Source of the DNA: an uncultured delta proteobacterium
Lineage (GTDB): Bacteria; Desulfobacterota; Binatia; UBA9968
Assembly: GCA_963728565.1 (NCBI GenBank)
Contig: CAVSLC010000017.1
Span: 1 to 60,179, forward strand
Direction of reading: 5' to 3'
Length of the DNA: 60,179 nt
Shown here: in pieces, positions 52,179 to 60,179 of the stretch
Layout: each line of letters begins with the position of its first letter
How positions within the stretch are numbered: position 1 is the stretch's first letter
Translations under genes and position numbers: made by a program
Notes under the pieces: generated by a model
Databases searched by the model: none
Told to the model about the DNA's origin: nothing
What the model saw: the letters and a program-made list of their open reading frames with translations, nothing else

Positions 52179-52245
52179 CGAATTACCTTCGTGAGCGCGA
52201 TTGGCCCGCGTCTATGAAGCTTAACAGTTCCGCCGAGTCAATCTA

Positions 52246-52371
52246 GCAGACTGCTGAAAAAGACCCATATGCTTCGTTGCCGCTCAATCGCCTCGCTGCA
52301 ACGTACTGTAAGTACGCCTCCACTCGTCGATTTTCGCGCGCCTCGCATCTGGATCTTTTTGAGCAGCCTGC
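52246..52371. mobile_element. MITE-like repeat, copy 3 (inverted relative to copy 1)
   Basis: GCAGACTGCTGAAAAAG ... CTTTTTGAGCAGCCTGC. Confidence 0.75.
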
Positions 52372-52619
52372 AAAGGCTTTTTTCAGACCCTGCTAGACTT
52401 CGTCTCCCTACTGCAGCTTGCCCCACCTCGAGTCAATCGACCGGCTGCGGCTATTGTGAGGGTCATCCGCCGAAACCGTCGCTCCACAATTGTGACGTTT
52501 TGAGGTTGCGTTATCGTTCGCTCGAGATGCGCTACAAAGGACAAAACAAACCGCTCGTTATATTCTCCCATGCGGGATGATCTTCCATCAAGCCTGCGCA
52601 AGCCGGAAAGGATACCGTC

Positions 52620-52910
52620 ATGGCCCAAGTCAGCGGAAGTCATCTTATCTGCAGAGCGCTCAAACTCGAAGGCGTCAAGAATATCTTCGGCCTCGCCGGC
52701 GACCCTATTCTGCCGCTGCTCGACGTGATGTCCGATCAGGACTTTCGCATCATCGACACGCGCCACGAGCAGGGCCGCCGTGCATATGGCCGACGCCTGG
52801 GCGCGGCTCACCGAACAGTCGGGCGTTTGCCTGTACACGACTCCCGCCTTTGCCAATGCCATCTCCGGGTTGACCAATGCGCTGCGCACCGAAGAGCCGC
52901 GGTGCTAAGC
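52620..52910 (+). pseudogene. Truncated N-terminus of a ThDP-binding (acetolactate synthase-like) enzyme
   Basis: LKLEGVKNIFGLAG, TRHEQ, then a frameshifted HMADAWARLT; ends after about 95 codons. Confidence 0.8.
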
Positions 52911-53100
52911 AGATAATCTTCGCTGACGCATTGATCCGGTGTTCCTTCTGCTACTTGATTGACTGCCTAGTGGATCGGAGGACGAATTTGGTTTATCAAT
53001 TGCCCAGTGCATATGTCACCGTCGTGCAACTTGGCTTTCAACCGCGTTACTCTTTTCTTATCGAGGAAATTGCGATTACTATTTCAACGAGGATACGCCT

Positions 53101-54228
53101 ATGAGTGAAAAAAATGCGCCTTTTCGCGCCGACCACGTCGGCAGCTTGCTGAGACCGCCGGAACTGTTGAGCGCTCGTGAGCAGCATCTGGGAGGAACTC
53201 TATCGAGCGCCTCGCTGCGGGAAATCGAAGACCGCTGCATTCGCGACGTAGCCAAGCTGCAGGAAGAAATCGGCCTGCAGGGCATCACCGATGGCGAATA
53301 TCGCCGCACCATCTGGCATGCAGATTTTTTGCGCCAGATCAAAGGCGTCAGCGTCAAGGAAGGCGTCGCCGACGGCGGTGGCGTTGCTCGCAAGTTTCAG
53401 TCGGGTGGGCAAGAAATCGAACGGTCACCGACCCGGTTTTATACCACAGGCCATCTTGAGCGCAGCCGGGGGATTGAGACCGACAATTTTAAATACTTGG
53501 CCTCGGTGACTACTCGCACGCCAAAGCTGTGCATTCCATCGCCGACAATTCTGCACATGCGCGGCGGACGCGACGCGGTCGACAGACAGGCGTACCCTGA
53601 CATGGAGCGTTTCTACAGTGACCTGGCGCAAGTCTATCGTGAAGAGATTGGCGCGCTGGCGGAGCTCGGTTGTACCTATCTACAACTCGACGATCCCAAC
53701 ATGGCCTATCTTTGCGACGAGAAGATGCGCGAAGGCGTGCGCCGCATCGGCGAGGACCCGAACCAGCTGCCGCGCATATACGCAAAACTAATTAATGACT
53801 GCATCGCAGACCGGCCGGCAAATATGACCGTATGTATGCATATCTGCCGGGGCAACTTCCGCAGCGCCTGGGCCGCCGAGGGGGGTTACGATCCGGTGGC
53901 TGAGATTCTATTCAACGAATTTAAGCTTGACGGTTTTTTTCTCGAATACGACTCCCCTCGAGCCGGGAGTTTTTCACCGCTCCGCTTTGTCCCCAAACAA
54001 AAAAAGATCGTCCTCGGACTGGTGACAAGCAAAAGCGGTGAAATGGAAACCGCAGACCAAATCAAACGGCGCATCGACCAAGCAGCCCAATATGTACCTC
54101 TTGAACAGCTCGCGCTCAGCCCTCAGTGCGGCTTCTCGAGCACAGTCTTGGGTAATAACATCAGCGTCGATGCCGAGGTTGCAAAGTTATCGCTGGTCGT
54201 ACGAGTGGCCAGTGAGGTTTGGGGCTAA
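53101..54228 (+). CDS. Cobalamin-independent methionine synthase II family (single-barrel MetE-like) protein
   Basis: RADHVGSLLRP, TDGEYRR, Zn ligands HICRGN, FLEYD, SPQCGF. Confidence 0.92.
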   Translation: MSEKNAPFRADHVGSLLRPPELLSAREQHLGGTLSSASLREIEDRCIRDVAKLQEEIGLQGITDGEYRRTIWHADFLRQIKGVSVKEGVADGGGVARKFQSGGQEIERSPTRFYTTGHLERSRGIETDNFKYLASVTTRTPKLCIPSPTILHMRGGRDAVDRQAYPDMERFYSDLAQVYREEIGALAELGCTYLQLDDPNMAYLCDEKMREGVRRIGEDPNQLPRIYAKLINDCIADRPANMTVCMHICRGNFRSAWAAEGGYDPVAEILFNEFKLDGFFLEYDSPRAGSFSPLRFVPKQKKIVLGLVTSKSGEMETADQIKRRIDQAAQYVPLEQLALSPQCGFSSTVLGNNISVDAEVAKLSLVVRVASEVWG

Positions 54229-54229
54229 C

Positions 54230-54513
54230 GTTGGGGCCGATGTCGATATTGGAGTTATTCCGGATTTGAAAATATCGTAGAACTCCTTAGCCAGTTGTTT
54301 TGATTGGTTCACCAGCGAAACATCGGTAGTAATGATATTCAAGCCGCGGGTGAGCTCGGCGGGCTCAGGCGGCACATCGGGACGTGAAGGAATGCGGCTA
54401 CGCCCGCGCATCATGGTTTGCGCCTCTTCTGAGAGCAGAAAATCGACAAACAGGCGGGCGGCATTAGGATTGGGAGCGCGCGCCGTCCCAGGGGCTCTAT
54501 AGAGGCTAACCAT
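54230..54513 (-). pseudogene. C-terminal remnant of an ABC substrate-binding protein (AfuA-like)
   Basis: APNPNAARLFVDFLLSEEAQ...RIPSRPDV; no N-terminal part present. Confidence 0.6.
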
Positions 54514-54813
54514 TGAGTGACTTCGATTAGAGACCGATAGGCCTGTACATACTCGAGAGACATCGCCTTGCCACCGCTAGCTCCTCTGCGGTTGGCTCGT
54601 CAAGAAAATTATGCCGTGAAGAGCAGGTGGTCAGCACCAATGTAACAGCTATCGCTGCACCATCGGCACACCAGCAGCTCATATTTCTGCTGCCAGTTCA
54701 GTCTAAATCACTAGCGGTGAAGCGAAAGCCTCACATTGAAAACGTGAGCTTATTGATGTTGAAAACCGCAGCATCCCGTTTAGCAGGCCTGCCGATGAGT
54801 AGCTGCTGAGAGC

Positions 54814-55032
54814 TTAATCGGCGGATTTTTTCGGCGGGTACGGGAGATCGCGATTAGCATCCTTGATCGGCGGCGGGACATCTCCCGATAAACCATCGAA
54901 GTCGGCCTCGCCGGAAGAATGGTGAACGACCGCCCCATCACCTGGCTGCGGCCCCCTCTCTCCTCCCCAACTACGCCCACCCCAACCGAAGATACGCGAG
55001 AAGAAATCTCCTATCGCTTGAAATGTTGCCAT
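54814..55032 (-). CDS. 72-aa hypothetical protein
   Basis: GGGGAGG RBS and an upstream sigma-54-like box. Confidence 0.55.
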   Translation of the reverse strand: MATFQAIGDFFSRIFGWGGRSWGGERGPQPGDGAVVHHSSGEADFDGLSGDVPPPIKDANRDLPYPPKKSAD

Positions 55033-55111
55033 GGTAATCCTCCCCGAATAAGACTAGCTCTGCTGAGGGTGAAGCCAAGACCGATTCCCGTCCTTCATCC
55101 ATAAGGAAACC

Positions 55112-55127
55112 AGCAACGTCCATGCCA
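55112..55127 (-). promoter_or_regulatory. Sigma-54 promoter candidate
   Basis: Minus strand TGGCATGGACGTTGCT (GG-N10-GC). Confidence 0.6.
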
Positions 55128-55370
55128 TTAAAGAAAGTAAGTCGGGGACGCTGAGGGGGAGATCTCCAACGTCCATTTATCTGATTAATGAAGAGGAATT
55201 TCAAAAATGGGATTCGGTAGGGGCTTTGGAATCGGTCAGGTCGCATCATCCCTGTCCCAACTCTAAGATCGGCAAATGGCTGTTGACGCTTCCCGGCTTC
55301 GTATATTGTTGCGGGCCAGTGTTTTAGATTTTCATTTGACGCGGCCTCTCGGCTTACGTAGCTTCTTCGG

Positions 55371-56627
55371 ATGAGAGACCAAAGCCCGGGATCCATTCAC
55401 AATCCCTACCGGAAGGAGGCAGGCCAACGCTGGCGCGCGCTCGTCTATCTATCCATTGCTGAATTATTTGCGCTCTCACTCTGGTTTAGCGCCACTGCCG
55501 TGCTTCCAGCGCTCTCGAGCGAATGGCAGCTCAGCGATAACGGCCGGGCGGGACTCACCATCGCTGTCCAGGTAGGCTTCATCATCGGCACGCTCCTGAG
55601 CGCGCTCGGCAATCTGCCCGATATCTACTCTCCCCGCATTCTCATGGCGATCAGCGCCGCCGTTGGCGCAACGGCGAACGGCGCGCTGGCTCTATGGGTG
55701 GACAATCTTGCACCGGCTCTGGTCTTGCGCGTTATCACGGGTATTTGCATGGCCGGCGCCTACCCGCCGGCCATGAAGATTATGGCAACCTGGTTTCGCG
55801 ACGGCCGCGGCGTCGCGATGGGAATCTTGATCGGCGCTCTTACGGCTGGTTCGGCGATTCCGCATCTGATTCGCGGCGCCACCGACCTTCCGTGGCGCCA
55901 GACTCTGCTGGCGTCGTCACTGCTGGCGGTATTGAGCTGTGTGATCATCTTGGTCTTAGTCAGGGATGGCCCTTACCGATTTCCACCCGCGCGGTTTGAC
56001 ATTCGCATGGCCGGCGCCATTTTTCGCGAGCGTGGATTGCGGCTCACGTGCTTCGGCTATTTCGGACACATGTGGGAGCTATATCCGATGTGGGCATGGA
56101 TCGGAGTTTTTCTTGCCGAAAGCATTCAAATCCAAGGCGCCAACGATTACTTCGGCATGCATCCGAGTGTTGCGGCCTTTCTTGTGATCGCGATCGGTGC
56201 GCTCGGCTGCTATATCGGCGGAGTGGTATCGGATCGTTGGGGGCGGACAACTCTTACGATGGCCGCCATGGGTTTGAGCGGTCTCTGCGCCCTCCTCATC
56301 GGTTTCACCTTTGGAGGTCCTCCCGGTGTCACTCTCGCCATAGCTATTCTATGGGGCATTACTGTCATTGCCGATTCGGCTCAATTCTCCACCGCGGTCA
56401 CTGAGCTTTCGCAGCCCGCCTATGTCGGGACAGCGCTGACGATTCAGACTTGCGTCGGCTTCGCTCTCACAGTGGCGTCGATCTGGATGATTCCCGTAGT
56501 CGTCAGCTGGGTAGGATGGCGCTGGGCATTCGCCGCGCTGGGTGTGGGACCCTTTCTGGGCGTGGCCGCCATGGGCCGCCTCCGTGACCTTCCGGATTCA
56601 TTGAAACTCGCGGCGGGCCGGCGCTAA
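55371..56627 (+). CDS. MFS transporter
   Basis: About 12 TM segments; LWFSATAV, YPPAMK, GYFGHMWELY, SDRWGR, ADSAQFS. Confidence 0.92.
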   Translation: MRDQSPGSIHNPYRKEAGQRWRALVYLSIAELFALSLWFSATAVLPALSSEWQLSDNGRAGLTIAVQVGFIIGTLLSALGNLPDIYSPRILMAISAAVGATANGALALWVDNLAPALVLRVITGICMAGAYPPAMKIMATWFRDGRGVAMGILIGALTAGSAIPHLIRGATDLPWRQTLLASSLLAVLSCVIILVLVRDGPYRFPPARFDIRMAGAIFRERGLRLTCFGYFGHMWELYPMWAWIGVFLAESIQIQGANDYFGMHPSVAAFLVIAIGALGCYIGGVVSDRWGRTTLTMAAMGLSGLCALLIGFTFGGPPGVTLAIAILWGITVIADSAQFSTAVTELSQPAYVGTALTIQTCVGFALTVASIWMIPVVVSWVGWRWAFAALGVGPFLGVAAMGRLRDLPDSLKLAAGRR

Positions 56628-56699
56628 CTCGCAAGGGCCACGGCAAAGTATTTCCCGGAGCGACATCAGATGGACGCAGGGCGGCATAGGACTTATGTG

Positions 56700-56900
56700 C
56701 GAATTCGAAGCACAAAGTCCAAAGCTCGAAGTAATTCGAAGACCCGAACATAGGTAGACAATGTCCAACCGAGTTGGATCCATTCGGAGGTTTGGCTTTT
56801 ATGCTCGAGATTCATTTAGCTGCTGTATTGTTTCGGATTTCGTGCTTCGGATCTCGGATTTGTTGCGCGGTTTCGAATTCGGAACTCGGGAACTCATATT
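56700..56900. repeat. Intergenic inverted array of degenerate 7-mer (TTCGGAT/TTCGAAG-type) repeats
   Basis: TTCGAAGCACAAAGTCCAAAGCTCGAAG ... TTTCGGATTTCGTGCTTCGGATCTCGGATTT. Confidence 0.5.
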
Positions 56901-56911
56901 TACCAGGCGTG

Positions 56912-57703
56912 CTAACCTTGGATGGAAAAGGAATGGCTCAACACGATCAAGACTCCGGATGCGAGTAAAGCCACACCGACGGGAGCGCTCAGCCTGCGGC
57001 CCCAAGGCATGTTTTTCTCCATTGCCATAAGCGCGCCAAGGGCCAGCATCCAACCGACATTGCCGATGCCGACAGCGAACATCAAGAGCATCAAGGCCCA
57101 GCAGCAGCCCACACAAAAGACCCCATGATGGACTCCGAGCAAGAGCGCGTTTCGGTGTTCATGCCGGCCGCGCCAGTGTTCCATGACAAAACTCAAAGGC
57201 GCTCGGCATTTGTCCAGACAGCGGTATTTGAGCCCGGTGAACTGAAAACCGCCGGCCAACAGCAGCGTGCCCGCTCCAATGACCCAGCCGTTGGTGTCGA
57301 GCCAACGACTGCGTTCTACAGCTTGATGCAGTAGCCAATCGGCTGAATGGGCGGCAATGCCGAAGACCAGCCAAACACTTAGATAGCCGGTAATCACCTC
57401 GATCATGAGTTGCCGTCGATCCGGCCGGCGCATGATCAGGCGGCGAAATATCTCGAGCAGTGGCAAGGCGGTCGGCAACATCATCGCCGCCGTCATCAGG
57501 ACCCAGCCAACCAGGTAGAGCACGATAGCGAGAACGGCCGATCCGCCGAGGCCCAACTCGCCCAGATCTGCATGATGGAGATAGCGGCCATACGGTGAGC
57601 GATCCCAGATCCAGAGAATCAGCCATGCCACGCCGATCAACGAGCCCATCAGCCACAGGAAGAGTCGACGATCAGCAGCGGGGCTTATGCGCAGAGCTTG
57701 CAT
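56912..57703 (-). CDS. DUF2182 metal-binding integral membrane protein
   Basis: W.LMTAAMMLP, Q.T.LK..CL..CR.P, G.FCVGCCWALM. Confidence 0.9.
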   Translation of the reverse strand: MQALRISPAADRRLFLWLMGSLIGVAWLILWIWDRSPYGRYLHHADLGELGLGGSAVLAIVLYLVGWVLMTAAMMLPTALPLLEIFRRLIMRRPDRRQLMIEVITGYLSVWLVFGIAAHSADWLLHQAVERSRWLDTNGWVIGAGTLLLAGGFQFTGLKYRCLDKCRAPLSFVMEHWRGRHEHRNALLLGVHHGVFCVGCCWALMLLMFAVGIGNVGWMLALGALMAMEKNMPWGRRLSAPVGVALLASGVLIVLSHSFSIQG

Positions 57704-57849
57704 AACGGGCTGGGGAAAGCCGCAAACAGGAAACGATTATCACACCCAGTTAGAACAGGAATTTTTCGCGCAAAGACGCCAAGATAAGCGAAGCTTCCGC
57801 AACTTTGCAGCCTGCCGTGAGCAGGTTACTGTTGCATTCCCAACCGGCA

Positions 57850-58452
57850 TCAGCCTTCAAATACAAACTTTCCCTGAATCGCGTTGTGATCCTTAAGGTC
57901 GATGCTTTGGCCCAATTTAGGATTGTCCATCTTGTATTTGGTTGCCTTGGCAACGTATGCCGGTGAGCCGGGAATGGTCGAAAAAACCGAATCGTGGAGC
58001 GTTGTCACATCACCGTTAGGACCGCGGAAAGGTTCCATCTCACAATCCGCGACATTGCCGATCCGCAGGGTTCCCTTGCCTTCCTCAACCGTGAAGGTGA
58101 TGGGCGAGCGCTCAACCGCGACTACTTCGCCGATCAATTGGAAAAGGTCCGCCAGCGGGCCGCCCTGCTTGCCGGTGTAAACACTGAGCAGCGCATCTTC
58201 CTGTTCTTTCGTCGCCGCTTGATCGATATGGACCACCGCGCGCCAGTTGCCTTTGAGTATGTTTCCCGGAACGTGCGCAGTGAAACCCATCGTGAGCCCG
58301 GATACGTCTACACCATCGATTTTCCCTCTGTCAAAATGATGCGCAACCACGGTGTCGCAAGTGCCGTTGTCCGGATCGACCCCGATCCAACAGGGGCAGA
58401 GCACCTCGCAATTGCAGACTTCGAGAAGACTTCCCTCGAGTTTGTAAGCCAT
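57850..58452 (-). CDS. DUF1326 domain protein
   Basis: EVCNCEVLCPC...C, G.IDGVD.SGL, PGN...GNW, G..GGP; adjacent to its usual DUF2182 partner. Confidence 0.9.
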   Translation of the reverse strand: MAYKLEGSLLEVCNCEVLCPCWIGVDPDNGTCDTVVAHHFDRGKIDGVDVSGLTMGFTAHVPGNILKGNWRAVVHIDQAATKEQEDALLSVYTGKQGGPLADLFQLIGEVVAVERSPITFTVEEGKGTLRIGNVADCEMEPFRGPNGDVTTLHDSVFSTIPGSPAYVAKATKYKMDNPKLGQSIDLKDHNAIQGKFVFEG

Positions 58453-58830
58453 ATGCATTCCCCCTTCGATTCAGCTGGCTCATTCCCCGAATTTGGACGA
58501 AATAATTCTAAACGTCGCTTAGTAGAGTCTCGAATGAGTGTCAAGTGAAAAAAGCGACTCAATCTACTGGACTGCCACGATGCCGGTTTTACCGCTCGCC
58601 GCCGCAGCCCTGCCCTGGAACATCAAGGGGAAGCCGCATGAAATCTTAGTTACGGCGAATCGCCACAGGATTGCTGTTCAGCACATTTTTAAGCCGGCAA
58701 ATGTCTGTCGGTTTTGCTTGCTGAACCTAGCCCGAGGATTTCACGACGTCGGCGCGGATCACCTGTTGCAGCAATCAGATTGCTTTTTTCAGCGGCGCTG
58801 TGCGATGTCTTAGTCATTCAAGGAGGGCTT

Positions 58831-59826
58831 ATGAAAGGCACGTTGATCATTGGTGCTCTCGCCGTCTTACTTTTGGTCCCGCAGCAGGCGCCCGGACAAG
58901 AGCCGCTTAAATTGATTTACAGCCAATTTACCATGACCAACTCCGCGACTTGGTTTGCGCGCGAGGCTGGGCTCTTCGAGCGCCACGGCTTAAACGCGGA
59001 CCTGATCTACGTGGACTCCGCGCCGGCGGTGCAGGCGCTCACCGCCGGCGCAGCGCCTCTGGCGACGATGTCCGGAGGCCTGGCGGTTGGGCCGTATCTG
59101 AACGGCCTTGACTTGGTCATGCTGGCGGGCTGGTGCAATTTAAACTCCTACCAGCTTATGACTCGTCCCGAGATCCGCCGCCCTGAGGATCTGCGCGGAA
59201 AAGTGATCGGCATCGGGCGCTACGGCGCCGCCGCGGACTGGGCATTGCGATTGATTCTTCGCAAGCTCGGAATCAATGAGAATAAAGATGTACAGATCAT
59301 TCAGGCAGGCGGCGGCGGACCGGCGACTCGCCTTGGCGCCATGGAAGCTAAAAAGCTTGATGCTACGGTGCTCGACTCGCCGCAAACCGTGCAGGCCCGC
59401 CGCTTGGGGTTTCGCGCCCTGGCTGACGGCGTCGAATTGGGTATTCCATTTCTACAAGGCGGGCTGGTGACCCGGCGCGCTTACGTGAAGGCCAATGAAG
59501 ACACGGTTCGAAGAACTGTTCGAGTCATCGTCGAAGCGATCCACTATGCTAAAAGCAATCGCGAAGCAGCGCTGAAGATCATGCAAAAATATCTGCGCGT
59601 GCAAGACCGCGAAGCCCTGGAAGACGCCTATGAGTCGTTCGTCGTAAAACAGTTCCCGCGGGTGCCGTACGCCGCGCCCGCCGCCGTCGAGATTATCTTC
59701 GAACTCGCCGCGGATCGCGACCCGCGCGCCAAGAGCGCCGATCCTAAAGGGTTCGTCGACATGCGTTTCGTCCGCGAGATAGAGCAGAGCGGCGCCATCG
59801 ATAAGCTGTACGCCCAGACGCGCTAG
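58831..59826 (+). CDS. NMT1/SsuA-like ABC substrate-binding protein
   Basis: AAGGAGG RBS, signal peptide, GLFERHGL, DLRGKVIGI, FVDMRFVRE. Confidence 0.87.
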   Translation: MKGTLIIGALAVLLLVPQQAPGQEPLKLIYSQFTMTNSATWFAREAGLFERHGLNADLIYVDSAPAVQALTAGAAPLATMSGGLAVGPYLNGLDLVMLAGWCNLNSYQLMTRPEIRRPEDLRGKVIGIGRYGAAADWALRLILRKLGINENKDVQIIQAGGGGPATRLGAMEAKKLDATVLDSPQTVQARRLGFRALADGVELGIPFLQGGLVTRRAYVKANEDTVRRTVRVIVEAIHYAKSNREAALKIMQKYLRVQDREALEDAYESFVVKQFPRVPYAAPAAVEIIFELAADRDPRAKSADPKGFVDMRFVREIEQSGAIDKLYAQTR

Positions 59827-60134
59827 CCTGGAGCCGAGTGTAGAGTAACCATCGAAGCGGGCGCCGATCATTCGCCACGGTTTGGGCTTTCGTCGGGTTG
59901 GTGCGATGCGATTAGTTGAAAATTTGCCGTGCTTTGCCGATGCTAGCCGTGAACCGGGAATTGCTCATCGCAAATATTTTTGGTCGAGCGCGACTTGATG
60001 ATGACGGTGGCAAAATCGCCGGATATGAATTTTTTCTATTCTTTCCCCCAAGTATTAAAGTATTATCAGACACGTTAAACGTCAGTTGCTTAGATGGGTG
60101 ACCATTGAAAACTTAAGATAAAGGAGAACGATGC

Positions 60135-60179
60135 ATGGCGAAGAAGGCAACCACAAAGAAGAAGTCGGCGGCGAAAAAA
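60135..60179 (+). CDS. Partial Lys/Ala-rich ORF running off the window
   Basis: AAGGAG RBS; MAKKATTKKKSAAKK. Confidence 0.5.
   Translation, partial: MAKKATTKKKSAAKK

Overview
GC-rich bacterial chromosomal region with no rRNA, tRNA or CRISPR seen. The gene content (many orphan NMT1/TctC/Tat-type solute-binding proteins, amidohydrolases, LLM oxidoreductase, cupin, paired 2-oxoacid dehydrogenase E1 genes) suggests a soil/sediment 'Deltaproteobacteria'/Binatia-like organism; this is inference only. Many single-base frameshifts, densest in the first 9 kb, look like long-read consensus errors. Main observations: (1) a sigma-54 operon with its own GAF/PAS enhancer-binding protein, a -24/-12 promoter and three palindromic candidate enhancer sites. 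It encodes a ferritin-like diiron protein, a one-Cys OsmC, a GNAT and an ArsM-like methyltransferase whose conserved Cys codon is an in-frame UGA followed by a bacterial SECIS-like hairpin, i.e. a probable selenoprotein missed by the ORF track. (2) Two integrase-less integron cassette arrays (about 43.6-46.85 kb and 26.5-27.7 kb) carrying toxin-antitoxin pairs and creD. (3) Two small ORFs with sigma-54-type promoters, one with a classical C2H2 zinc-finger signature. (4) A ~125-bp MITE-like repeat family. (5) Four tandem Tat-exported peptide-ABC binding-protein paralogues. (6) An unassigned ~165-nt structured intergenic element.
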